Positions 1-12,122 of a stretch of DNA of 64,000 nt are shown piece by piece; position 1 is the stretch's first letter; every line of letters starts with the position of its first letter. The stretch lies in contig OX597821.1 of NCBI GenBank assembly GCA_951406725.2, positions 8,432,001 to 8,496,000 on the forward strand, in the 5' to 3' direction. This stretch comes from Octopus vulgaris (taxonomy: Eukaryota). The translations under genes and the position numbers were made by a program. The notes under the pieces are model-generated. The model was given only the letters and a program-made list of their open reading frames with translations. It did not search any database and was not told the origin of the DNA.

Positions 1-175
1 CAACACTGGTGTTGGTGTGCTTACATCCCTGTAGCCTACTAGTTTGACCTAAGACACTAATAGAATAAATACCAGGTTAAAAAGTAAATACTGGGGTCAA
101 TTTGTTCAACTAAAATTCTTTAAGGCAGTGCTCCAGCATGGTCGCAGTCTGAAACAAGTAAAGGATAAAAGATAT
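1..175 (+). mobile_element. 3' half of an older, diverged SINE copy (family A)
   Basis: Diverged match to the 3' part of the copy at 26676-27104 (GGCAGTGCTCCAGCATGG...TGAAACAAGTAAA tail). Confidence 0.7.
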
Positions 176-181
176 ATGCAT

Positions 182-575
182 ACTCTTTACTCTTTTACTT
201 GTTTCAGTCATTTGACTGTGGCCATGCTGGAGCACCGCATTTAGTCGAGCAAATCGACCCCAGGACTTATTCTTTGTAAGCCTAGAACTTATTCTCAAGG
301 TCTCTTTTGCCGAACCGCTAAGTTACAGGGATGTAAACACACCAGCAATGTTGGAGGGACAAACACAGACACATAGACATACACCCCCCCAACACACATA
401 TATACATACATATATACAATAGGCTTCTTTCAGTTCCCGTCTGCTAAATTCACTCACAAGGCTTCGGTTGGCCCAAAGCTTTAGTAGAAGACACTTGCCC
501 AAGGTGCCATGCAGTGGGACTGACCCAGGCAGGACCATGTGGTTGGTGAGCAAACTACTTACCATACAGCCACTA
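182..575 (-). mobile_element. SINE family A (tRNA-like head, internal microsatellite)
   Basis: Closely similar to 13669-14087 and the reverse complement of 26676-27104; TACTCTTTTACTTGTTTCAGTCATTTGACTG tail and internal CA/TA tract. Confidence 0.85.
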
Positions 576-589
576 TGTATGTGTGTGTG

Positions 590-1071
590 GTCTGATGGTA
601 CGTAAAAAGCACTATCCGACTCGTGGCCGTGGCACGTAAAATACTCCAATGCGACCGTACGACAGGCACCCTTGCCAACCCCCTTTGCTTGTGAAGACAT
701 GTTGGGGCAAGCGAAATCGAAATCGAATTGAACCAGCCAGGATCCCTGGTCTGGTGGTACGTAAAAAGCACTATCCGACTCGTGGCCGATGCCAGCACCG
801 CCTCGACTGGCTTCCGTGCCGGTGGCACATAAAATACACCAATCTGACCATGGCCGTTGCCAGCCCCGCCTGGCACCTGTGCAGGTGGCACGTAAAAAGC
901 ACCCACTACACTCACGGAGTGGTTGGCGTTAGGAAGGGCATCCAGCTGTAGAAACATTGCCAAATTTAGACTGGAGCCTGGTGCAGCCTTCTGGCTTCCC
1001 AGAACCCCGGTCGAACCGTCCAACCCATGCTAGCATGGAGAACGGACGTTAAACGACGATGATGATGATGA
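590..1071 (+). mobile_element. RTE-type LINE 3' UTR or derived non-autonomous element with (GAT)n tail
   Basis: Repeated GGCACGTAAAAAGCAC subunits, then GGTTGGCGTTAGGAAGGGCATCCAGCTGTAGAAAC...CCAACCCATGC and a GATGATGAT tail; a related tail follows the RTE ORF remnant at 3595-4770. Confidence 0.75.
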
Positions 1072-1640
1072 ATCATACATGTGTGTGAATGTATATAATA
1101 GTCACTAATTGTCACTGGATGGTTTGGTTAAATCATGATTGTATATTTCCAAAATGAATTTATGGCTGATTCAGCAAGATACTAATGTGAAAAATATAAA
1201 ATAATGAAGGCTGCCCTACGCAATATAAAAGCCCTACATTTACACGTCATTTTACACACACACATACAATAATGTCTTGATATACGAGTTAGTTTGTTCC
1301 CAGAGAATATTATTATTACTATCATTTTCTGAATCCCTTTACCTCACCCTAGACTTGTGCTCACCATCACTAGTAGACGTGATCCCCAGTTCACAAACAC
1401 TCATAGAAGGGCTTGTAAATTATTATTAAATCTCAGAACGTAAAAAGTCTAGAGTAACACCCCCCTGTGTGGTTAGCCATATTGAGATGGCTATTATACT
1501 TACATCTCTAAAAATTTCTTATATGCAGAAGCATTTCCCTTACAAACCCGTAGCAACGCCGGGCGATACTTTTAAATTTATTATAAAATAAAACTTGTTA
1601 ACCGTCTTGTAAAACAGGTCCTTATAAAGTGAGGCATTAC

Positions 1641-1689
<49 letters not shown>

Positions 1690-1850
1690 ATAATAAGAGT
1701 AAATAATTTCTATAAAGGCTTTTAAAAAACCCCAATTATTTACTGGTAGAATTCGGTATGTAAATATAGCCGATTACCAGCAGGAACTGTAAAGTTCAGT
1801 ATATATATTGTATATAAGAAAAAGGGACAGGCAACAGGTTGCTGACCGCA

Positions 1851-2300
1851 TACAAAAATAGAAATAGCAGTCAAGAATGCTTATTTCTATCAAAGTTGAC
1901 TCGGCACTAATTCACATATGCAAAACAGAAGGAATAGATAACGAAAATGAAGTCTGTGTAGAAATAAGCATTCTTGACTGCTATTTCTATTTTTTCGTAT
2001 AAGCAACCTATATATATATATATATATATATAATTTCAAATTAATAATAAAAGGGTAAAATTAATCAATTAAATTAATCACTCAATCAATTAATTAATAA
2101 TTTTACAGAGTAGATCGGTGTGTTAAAATAACCTTTATAGGTAAAGTTATACAAATATTCTATAATTATAAACATAATTATAATTAGGGGTCAGCTAATT
2201 GCTTCACCACATACCGAATTTAGAAATAGGAATTTTTAACTCCTATTTCTAAATTCGGTATGTGGTGAAGCAATTAGCTGACCCCTAATTATAATTAGAA
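1851..2300. repeat. Two fold-back inverted repeats beside (TA)n (Penelope-like ends)
   Basis: 1851-1889 pairs with 1959-1999; 2181-2232 pairs with 2241-2293. The second is similar to the element at 49150-50045. Confidence 0.75.
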
Positions 2301-3149
2301 TATCATGTAATTGTAGTTCCATGAATCCAAGGAAGATAGTTCTGTTGAACAAGCTGCACAGATGATTTGTTTATAATGGTCAAATGTTTGTACTGTGCAT
2401 AGGCACACTGGCTCCATCAAATCAACATTTACAGGTGCACAGTGTGCCACACATTAGATGTGAAAGTGATCACAGAGCAACTTGAAATGAATTGTTTTGC
2501 TCAAGGACACAGTGCACTGCCTGGCCTGGGAATCGAGCCCATGGTCTTGTGATTGTGAGTGCAATGCCCTTACCACTAGGCCACATGCTCTCACTATATA
2601 CACATAGATGGGTTTCATGCAAGGTACTTATTAAACATGTCAATTTGATATGTGCCATGTATAAAACTCTTGCCAATTAAATTAAAATATATCTACTCAT
2701 GTATTGAGCTCTATTTATCCTGTTTGTTCTAGCATATCAATGCAAGTACTGAAATTGCTATACAGGATGTTGATAAATTATCTTTACAATGTTTACAATT
2801 TATTGTATCAAATTGTAAAGGTAATTTATGAACATCCTGTTTTCATAAACCTACAAAGTTGGTGTTTCAAAGCTAAACATTCCTAGCTTTGATATGATAT
2901 TACATCTAATTTAATGCTTCAAATTTCTCTTTCCTTTTGTGATGGTAGATGAGGCTGCTACTTTTCATAGATGGAGGTTCTCCCTTGTAGCTTCTACAAT
3001 CCACACAGCCATTATCAGCATTAAGTTCTTACATTTTTAAGACTCCAAAACCAACTTTCCATTTGCAAATTAGAACATTTATCCTTGCTAAATATTACTT
3101 TCTTCTCATTTAATCCTTCTGAAGCCAACCCTGGTTCTATGACTCAAAC

Positions 3150-3360
3150 TTCCTGTTTTAATCACCATCATTGTGACCACAGCTGAACAATCCTGACAAA
3201 GTCTCTCCACAATTCTTGATTTTCCATTGCTTGTGCCAACTGCTCCTTACTGAGGCTTGTATCATGTGAGAGTTGATCAATGAATGTTTGAGCAGGTCTT
3301 CCTCCATTGTGTCTCCTGTGAGTGTTAAGGCTGCTTCCCTCGGTGAAGAGGATTGACCTG
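3150..3360 (-). mobile_element. RTE-type LINE C-terminal fragment
   Basis: Translation GGRPAQTFIDQLSHDTSLSKEQLAQAMENQELWRDFVR resembles the RTE ORF C-terminus (GRP...W motif). Confidence 0.6.
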
Positions 3361-3594
3361 TGAGAGCCTTGTGTTGGTGCCATGTAAAAAGCATTCATGC
3401 CAGTGCTTTGTTAAAAGCACCCAACACACACTGTAAAGTGGTTGGTGTTAGGAAGGACATCCAGCTGTAGAAACCAAGCCAAATCTGACTGGAACCTGGT
3501 GCAGCTCCCTGGCTTGTGAGGTGTGGTCAAATCATTCAACCCATACCAGCATGGAAAACGGATGTCAAAGGGTGATATATATATATATATATAG

Positions 3595-4770
3595 CCCTGC
3601 CCAATCTGTAAGAAAGGCATAGGTAGAAATTCCATGAGATGTACCCAGTGTAAGCTGTGGACACATAAGAGTTGCAACAATATTAGAGGAAGGTCAACAG
3701 AGAAACTAGTTTTTGTGTGTGGAAGGTGCACAATTAACACTAAAATATTCAGAAAATACACTCCATCAAATGCCAGATGGGAAAACTAGAAGAAGTTGAT
3801 AACTTCCAGTACCTAGGTGACCAAATAAGTAGTGAGGTGGATGCTCCAAGAACATAGCTGCTGGGCAAAGTTCAGAGAGCTCCTACTTCTGTTGGTAACA
3901 AAGGGCCTCTCCCTGAGAATAAAAGGCAGATTGTTTGATGCCTCTGTGCAAACAACCATGCTACACAGCAGTGAAACATGGACTGTGACTGCTGAGGACA
4001 TGCATAGGCTTGAAACAAATGAAGCTATTATGCTTTGCTGGATGTGCAATATCAGTGTGCGTGTGTGACTGAGGGTAAGTGTCTTGAGAGAAAAGCTGGG
4101 CACAAGAGGCATCAGATGTGGTGTGCAAGAGAGATGACTGCATTTGTATGGTCATGTAATGGGTATGGACGTGGACAGTTGTGAGCAGAAATGCTGATCT
4201 CTACCAGTGAAAGGAAACTGTGGAAGAGAGAGACCCAGGAAGACATGGGTCGAAGTGGTGAAGCATGATCTTTGAATGCTGGGTTGCATGGAGGCAATGG
4301 CAAGTGACCGAGACCTTTGGCAATATGTCATACTTGAGAAGACCTGTCAAGTCTAGTGAGATCATAGCTGTGGCCGTTGTCAGTGTCACATAACTGGCAC
4401 CAGTGCCAGTGGCACGTAAAAATCACCTTTCAAGTGTTGGGCCTCATGGAGGCATTGTAACCAATGCTGGTGTTGCATAACTAGCACCTGTGCAGGTGGC
4501 ATGTAAAAAGCACCTTTTGGAGCACTGGGCCTGTTGCAGGCAATGACATATGACGAAGACCTTTGGCAATATGCTGTGCTTGAGACGACCCGTCAAGCAG
4601 AGTGAAATTGTTATAGTAGCTGATACTGGTGTAATGCAAACTGGCACCCATGCTGGTGGCATGTAAAAGCACCCATTACACTCTTGGTGCAGTACTTCAG
4701 CTTATCAGCCCTGGTCAAACCATCCAACCCATGCCATCATGGACAATGGACACTAAATGATGATGATGAT
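3595..4770 (+). mobile_element. 5'-truncated RTE-type LINE with PHD-like Cys/His domain, ORF C-terminus and (GAT)n tail
   Basis: Frameshifted PCPIC...CTQCKLWTHKSC...VCGRC, EEVDNFQYLG, SLRIKGRLFDASVQTTMLHSSETW motifs, then the 3' UTR repeat and GAT tail. Confidence 0.8.
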
Positions 4771-4797
4771 GTTATATATATGTATATATATATATAT

Positions 4798-5446
4798 ATC
4801 ATCATCATCATCATCATCGTTTAACGTCCGCTTTCCATGCTGGCATGGGTTGGACGGTTCAACTGGGGTCTGGCAAGCTCGAAGGCTGCACCAGGCCAGT
4901 CAGATCTGGCAGTGTTTCTTGGATGCCCTTCCTAACGCCAACCACTCCGAGAGTGTAGTGGGTGATTTATGTGCCACCGACACAGGTGCCAGACGAGGCT
5001 GGCAGACGGCCACGCTCGGATGGTGTTTTTTATGTGCCACCGACACAGGTGCCAGACGAGGCTGGCAGACGGCCACGCTCGGATGGTGTTTTCTTATGTG
5101 TCACCGACACAGGTGCCAGACGAGGCTGGCGGACGGCCACGCTCGGATGGTGTTGTTACGTGCCCTCAGCACGGAGGCCAGTCGTTGCGGTACTGGCTAC
5201 GGCCACGTTCGGATGGTTTTCTTATGTGCCACTGGCACTGGTACCACAAGGATACAAATTCCATTGATGTTCATCCATTTTGATGTTCATCTATTTTGAT
5301 TTGGTTCGATTTGATTTGATTTGATTTGATTCGATTCGATTCGATTCTCACTTGCCTCAACAGGTCTTCACAAGTGTCACAAGAAGGAAGGTATGCACAG
5401 GTGGACTGACTACGTCCCAGGTAGGGGCCATGGATTATGGCTTCAC
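4798..5446 (-). mobile_element. RTE-type 3' UTR element, opposite orientation, with about three 63-bp internal tandem repeats
   Basis: Starts with (CAT)n and the reverse complement of the 590-1071 tail; unit ATGTGCCACCGACACAGGTGCCAGACGAGGCTGGCAGACGGCCACGCTCGGATGG repeated at about 4969, 5033 and 5096. Confidence 0.75.
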
Positions 5447-6151
5447 TATATATATATATATATACTATATATATATATACTATATATATATATATATAAC
5501 GGGAAGCTTTATGAAAATAAACAAAAGACGAAGGCAGGTGGAAAACAAACGAACAATTGTATTAGTATGGCGCTCAGGAAATATAAATAAAACAAGTCTT
5601 TAACGTTTCGAGCCTACGCTCTTCAACAGAAAGATACACAGATATATATATATATATATAATATAATATATATATAGAGAGAGATGGTGGGCTTCTTTTA
5701 GATTCTAGCTACCAAATCTGCTTACAAAGTTTTGTTTGGCCTAGAGTTATAGTTGAAGACACTTGCCCTTGGCACCACTCACTGGAACTAAACCCAAACC
5801 TATGTTGTTAGGAAGTAAATTTTTAACTGCATCCAAGCAAGTCTTCATATCTAAATAACATGATTCCCCAGTGATTTTATGTAAAAATCTTTACTAAATT
5901 ATGCACAAAATGCGAGCTTAATTCTGTCTAAGTTTGGAACAAAGCCAGTAATTTTGCAGGTGGAGATTTTGTTGATTACATTAATAATTCTGAAGGAATG
6001 AAAGACAAGACTAATGTTAGTTATTTTACTAAACCCCTGCTGAATTCTGGATTCCTAAATTAACTGAAATATTTGGACAGTGTTTTTCAGCAGTAATAGA
6101 ATAAGAAACAGGTGAAAACAAATACAACAGAGTGGCCTAAAAGTTGTGCCA

Positions 6152-6182
<31 letters not shown>

Positions 6183-7051
6183 TTAATAGTAGAGCAACTT
6201 TTGAGCTTTGTTGTGTATATTTAATAAAGTTTAGCATTTACAACAAATCATTGCTTTGTAAAGCATGATACAGAATTTCTGCATAAACTACTGGAATAGC
6301 ATTTGGTTGCTGTAATGTTTTGTGTCAGGTTTCATATCATCATTTCAGTAAAAGCAAAAATTTACTAATTCTTTAAAGATGATTTAACATCTATTTTAGA
6401 CATATAGACGAACAGACATAGTTATGCTAATGTTAATATATTAGATACAGGGTGTATTATAAAGCTCACTTGAAATAATTGTGGTGAGACAGACAGACAC
6501 ATAGTTAGTGTTAAAATATTTAGTAGACGGTATATTAAAAATCTGACATCAAGAATATGTGGTGGGACAGATAGAAGGAAAGGTAATATGTTTACGGTTG
6601 AGTAATTAAGAAGTTCACTTTGTAATCACATGGCTTGCTGCCATTCTTCCATGAAAATATGCCTGACCAAAGTAAAAGTTAACCTTACATTAAAACAGGT
6701 GAGATTTGTTTGGAAAAGCATCCAACTGTAGAAAATTTACCCCCATGGACCTCATCCAACCTGGGCAAACATGGAAAATTGGCATTAAAACTATGATGAT
6801 TATAATCATGACGAATGCTAGGAACATTAAAAAGTGAACCAGAAATAATTGATGACAGTGATATATTGACATATTGATAGTTAGTGTTAATATAATTAAT
6901 ACAGGCTATTATATTAAAAAGTTAATTAGAAATAATTATAATGATGCCATCCATGACAATAATAATTTTTATTATTTCATTTTATTTTGTTTCTTTAGGT
7001 TATTATTCTGTACCATTTATTTCTTTCTCTTTCTTTTCCCCTGCTTTCTAG

Positions 7052-7933
7052 ACGGATCCAGCACCACAACTGTCCCCTAAGGTGTCACCCAGTTCATCTC
7101 CATCCAAGAACACTTTACAGTCTTTCCAGGGACGCACTACACCATCACTGCAAAACACTCCCCTTTTCAAAAAGAAGAAAATCATCCCCAAATCTCCAAT
7201 AGCAACCGCAAGGAGGCTGAATTTGAACCCAGAGGCTGCCCTGACTGATCGACCCGTGGTGAGACCCGAAAAAGCAGCTACAACTAAACAAACAACCGCT
7301 AAGCCTCCTGCAAACCCACCACCACCTCCAAAGTTCATTGGACGCACTATAAGACGAATTCCTTCTTATGACGCCATCAAATGGTTGAGGCATTTGTTGA
7401 AACTACCTCCAAAAAGTGCCAAGAAGAAATCCTTTCATTTGATGAAGGGTTGTCGACCTTGCTGTGTCATTCTCAAAAAATTGCCTCTGGAACCATCCCA
7501 GAAATCTTTAGACCTTTCTCACTGTCCTCACTCTATGACAAAAACATTAAAGGAATGTTCGGCAGCATGTCGCTATGACTACGGCCGAGTTCACAGACCA
7601 TGGATGATGCTTCAGCATCGCAGGATGAAAAGGGTATTTGCTGCTTTACTTTTCAACAAGACTCTTCGGTCTATGTCCGTAAAACTGGAACCTTATGCCA
7701 AATCCCCAAAACTGCCAAAGCCTCAGTCAAAAGTAGGACCACCTCTACTTAGTGCTACACCAGGTAAAATGAGGTTTTTCTTCCTGGAACTGAAGAGAAA
7801 AATCATTTTAATTCCTGTTATTGGTAATAAGATGGGGCAACAAGCCTATGAACTTGACAATCCACAGAATATTGGAATACTCTACAACATTGCAGCATCT
7901 CTACAGAAATCTTCAGAGGAAACCGAACAGTGA
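7052..7933 (+). CDS. Probable terminal coding exon of an unidentified basic, Pro/Lys-rich, probably nuclear protein; upstream exons not identified in this window
   Basis: Long polypyrimidine tract and TTTCTAG acceptor (AG 7050-7051); phase-0 open frame TDPAPQLSPKVSPS... of 293 codons to TGA; non-repetitive sequence; KKKK NLS-like stretch. Confidence 0.7.
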   Translation, partial: TDPAPQLSPKVSPSSSPSKNTLQSFQGRTTPSLQNTPLFKKKKIIPKSPIATARRLNLNPEAALTDRPVVRPEKAATTKQTTAKPPANPPPPPKFIGRTIRRIPSYDAIKWLRHLLKLPPKSAKKKSFHLMKGCRPCCVILKKLPLEPSQKSLDLSHCPHSMTKTLKECSAACRYDYGRVHRPWMMLQHRRMKRVFAALLFNKTLRSMSVKLEPYAKSPKLPKPQSKVGPPLLSATPGKMRFFFLELKRKIILIPVIGNKMGQQAYELDNPQNIGILYNIAASLQKSSEETEQ

Positions 7934-8459
7934 TCTTTCTTAACATTAGCTCTTGTCTCTTTATAAAATAATTCTGTACTTTGTTAAGAGTTTATTTTCC
8001 TTCTTGCACCAATTTACTGGTTTCCGTCATTTGTATGCAGCCATGCAGGGGTTTACCATTTTCAAGTTACTTTTTATATATTTTTTTTTTTGATTGCACC
8101 CATAATACTTTGTCAGCAACATATGTTATTGATCTGTGAAAAGATGAAGTATAACATCCAGTGGTACAACTTAATATTTTTATTATTCAGATATAATTTT
8201 GTTGCCATTAAGGAGGGCATCCATCTGTAAAAACTATACCAAAGCAGACATCAGGGCTTGGCTCAGTCCTCGAGCTTAGGAGCTCCTGTCAAGCCATCCA
8301 ACCCATGCCAGCATGGGGGACTGAGGTTAAATGATGATGATGATGAATTTTAATGAACTGTTTTTCATATATCATCATCATCATCATCATCATTATTATT
8401 ATCACTTAATGTCCACTTTCTATGTGGGCACGAGTTGTACAGGATCCAGTTATCTGTTA

Positions 8460-8989
8460 TAGAGTTCGATACGCCTTTTGGTGAAAACGAACTTGTGGTG
8501 TTTCCTGACTTCTGAAAACATTGCTCCATTAACCGTTGTTATTTTTCTTGTTGCTGTAGCAGTTGTTTCTGCAATTTCTGTTGCTCTTCTTGCTGCTGCT
8601 GCTTTTGAAACTGTATTATAGATGCTAATAGGTCTTCCATAATTAACAACTTTATGTCACAGACAACTGTTAACTGACCTGCGTGAGCTTCGAATCTTCG
8701 TCGCTAATATTGTTGTATCGCTAATTGTTATGACGATACTTTTTTTTACACTTTAACCGTGTAATAACAATAAAATATATAACAAAGCAGGGTAACAACA
8801 ACGTATAATCCAACAAACTCTCCACGAACTATACATGAACCAACAAACAATATTCCGATAAACCACCAAAACGGCATCTTACGACTTACTGTGATTAATG
8901 CCTACTCTGTCTCTTACTCAGACCGCTACTATTTATAGTTGTTAGGCCAGTCTATTCTCGCAGGGAGTGTCGTGACCCTCGCCACAACA
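8460..8989 (-). mobile_element. Gypsy-type LTR retrotransposon 5' LTR, PBS and start of a Gln-rich gag-like region
   Basis: On minus: LTR 8989-8711 with TGTTGT...ACAACA termini and internal TATAAATA; then ATATTAGCGACGAAGA (decayed TGGCGACGAGG-type PBS) and a Q-rich reading QQQQEEQQKLQKQLLQQQEK. Confidence 0.65.
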
Positions 8990-8991
8990 AA

Positions 8992-11900
8992 GTGAAACTT
9001 AAAAAAGTTAATGGGGCTTTGGCCAAAGAGGAAAGGGTCTGTCATTAGCCCTTTCAACCTAGTCTACCACACAACCTCTTTCGTTAAGGCCACCAAACAA
9101 AGAAACACTGTCTGCTCTTCCCGACTGAAGGAAGGCGGCGAGGCGATCTTCACTATGGACTCAGGTGATATTTGGATCCGTTCTACACCTGACAGCAGGT
9201 GTCCGACATAAACCCCAAAGTCAGCAATGCTTGGGCACTGGACGAGAGCGTGCAGAACAGTTTCGTCGCTCTGTCCGTACCTTGGGCAAGCCCGGCTGGT
9301 GGTACTTCCATGCCTGTAGAGTTTATCCTGAATCGGCAATACCATACAGGTCAGGAATTTCTGTAAGTTATCCATGGACCCTGGCCCGAAAGTCCTCCGG
9401 AACAGACCAGCGAATCCATTCTCATCGACCAGTGTCTCCCTAAGAACGTCATCGCAGTTGTCCGCCACTAACTCTCTATAGAACGCTGGAGTGGAACTGT
9501 CACCAACTACATTTCCCGACTGATAGAGGATTGTGAGCGCTTTACAACCCTCTAGATGCCAGGCACCCTGCCTCGATCTACACTTGATCCAGGACTGAGG
9601 CTCAGACAAAGAGACAAGCTATGAAAAATCGTGTCTGGCAAACGGCGATCACTCCTGCTCACCGCCTAGGAAGCACTGGAGACGTCGCAGCCTCAGCGCA
9701 TATCTGCCAAGTCCCTAACTAAATTCCTTTCTATTTTATTCCTTACTATCACTAATGCCTTACTAAACCTTACTGATTCTACTCTAAATGCCCTTTTCAG
9801 GGAAAACCACCATTTGTTGTTGACGATTGCCCCCGTCAACACCCTTTTAACTAATTCTCTAATCCGGTCTCTGTAGGTTGGCAGGCCAGGAGCGACGCGT
9901 TCGGTCTTAAAAGCTTACCCAGGTCGACCGTACAGATCAAAACTTTGTGGCCTATGTATCCGACCAGTTTGAAAAGCGGGCAACTTATACTATCTTTATC
10001 TACTGGCCTACAGAATACATTGTCTAAATACGACCTGGTTAACCCGGTGCGATTCGTCCATATCCACGTTGGCACATCCGGGAAATCCAGTTAATACCTG
10101 TCGGACAGTTGGAAATGTCTGAGCAGGTTTGCGAGGATTTTACCACTCCTTCTATCCGCTAGCTCCACACAGTCCAGACGGTGTTCCAGCCGTCCACTAA
10201 CACTAAAGGTCGAGACGTCCCTAGAAAAACCTTCAGACGTCTGAAGAAATCCGGCTGTCCTGCTCCTTTCGGAGCATAAACAGCTGAAGGCATCTCCGTC
10301 ATTACTGTTCAGATCCCAGGACCACCAACTTACCTTCTGAGTCCAGGAAGATAGTCCTTATCTTGAGATAGAAGCCTTTCTGAATCAACATCGCCTTTCC
10401 ACTTTCCATTCCCGGTTGACATGGAGATAAATATATATACTATCCACAGAAAATGCGCATGAAAGTTTGTCGGTCGAAGAGTCTTTTTTCACTGATGGCC
10501 ACTACATCGACACTTCGGGACCTGAGGTCGTTGAGAAGATGACATTGTTTCCAAGACAACCCCAGGCAACGTGCATTTATACTGCCAACTCTGAGCAAAG
10601 TCATGTTAGATCAAAGTAGCAGAAAAGGTTACCTACTGTGGTTTAGCTGGCGATGAGGGGACGGATGTTCCGTCCCCATAAGCATGTGTGGATGTTTCCA
10701 CGAGCAGTTCCTTATATATTTGTCTATTTATGTCTCTCTGAAAAGCTCCTACTCCTACAGGATATTTTGTTTTGATGGTGTTATATGTGTGTTGTGATGT
10801 TTGTATGGTTTTAATATGTGTTGATGTGTTGTTTCTCGGTGTGATATAGTCGGTGTGTGTGATGTCTGTATGGTTATCTATGTGATTCATTATTTTTTAT
10901 TCTTGGTGTTTACTGCTGTGCAGCTCAATAAGTTTGACTTTTGTTGATGTTGAGATGTGTAATCTGAAAGTTGTGTGTGTGTGTGTGTGTGTGTGAATTG
11001 GGTTGTACTTGTGATGGTGTTTATGATAGTGGTGGTGGTGATGGTAGTGATGGGGACGGGTGTGGCTGTTCTTTGGGGAAGTAGTTGAGAATTTGTTTTC
11101 GATGGTGTCTCCCCCTTCTGGTCATACCTGCCAGTATTTTATGTTGATGTTGGTGTTGCTTTGTTTCTTTCGTTTGATCTCCGAACCTTTGCCAGTTTGG
11201 GTCTCCCCTCACCGCAGGACATGTCTGATTGCTACGAACACGGGAGGGGAAAATCTTGCAGGTTATTTTGTGGTTTTTGTGTTGATAAAATTGATGCTTT
11301 GGGGGATTCTGATGCAGTTATTTTTGACGCTGCTATTGTTTCTACTGTTGTTCTTGGTATTGTTGTTGTCAGTGCCTCTGTGATTGCAGTTGCTGCTACT
11401 ACTGTTACTGTTGTTTTGCAGCTGTACTCGCCTGCTTCTGCTGGTGTTGTTGCTATTGTTGTTGTCGTTGTTGTGGGGGTAGTGTCGGCAAAAATTGGGG
11501 AGCTCACTTCTCTTTTGTTTTGGGCAGAGAGCTTTGAGATGTTTTGTGTTCCCGCACAGGTGACATCTTGGTTTTCCGCCCTCAACAGTCATGTGAAGCT
11601 TTGTGCTGTTCCTGTAGGCTTATTTAGTCTAGGATATCCTCTACGCTTGTCTGGTCAGCTTGTATTAGTAAATACATCCCATGTCTCAACCAGTTCAGCT
11701 TGTGTATCTTGTCTAACTAGCAGATGTTCATCTCTGGTGGGATGCTGAATATTCTAACTTTGAATACTCTTCGATCAAGGTAGGTGGGGGTGAGGATTTG
11801 TTCCTCAGTCGTTAGGGTAGCCGTCGAGTGATTTTTGTCTCCTTCTCTGAGGCGAACCTCACCTCGACAGTCCCACATTTCTTCCCCCAGGCTACAAGGG

Positions 11901-12050
11901 TTTGCTTTTCCAAACTGGTTTTATGTACATCCCTATTTGCTAGCGTTGCCTGCTCCACTTTTCTGCTTTTAGTTACAGTTGTTTAATATAGAACTGTCCG
12001 CATATTAATTTCATGCTAGACAGTTCTAGGATTGTTTAGTACCGTATTTC
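8992..12050 (-). mobile_element. Degenerate Tx1/L1-clade LINE: ORF1 zinc knuckle, APE endonuclease, C-terminal zinc finger; RT missing
   Basis: CHLCGNTKHLKALC (CCHC) near 11530-11570; ORF2 start MTLLRVGSINARCLG at 10604; PTWIWTNRTGLTRSYLDNVF endonuclease motif; RACPRYGQSDETVLHALVQC C-terminal finger. Confidence 0.85.
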
Positions 12051-12122
12051 TTCTATACATTTCTCCAACATACACTTCGCATTTTTGAATTCATTTTCGT
12101 CTATAAAAATGTCTTCACTTAC

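Noticed and set aside
11161-11748. 195-aa Val/Ala-rich + strand ORF
   Set aside because: Antisense shadow of the Tx1 ORF1 low-complexity region.
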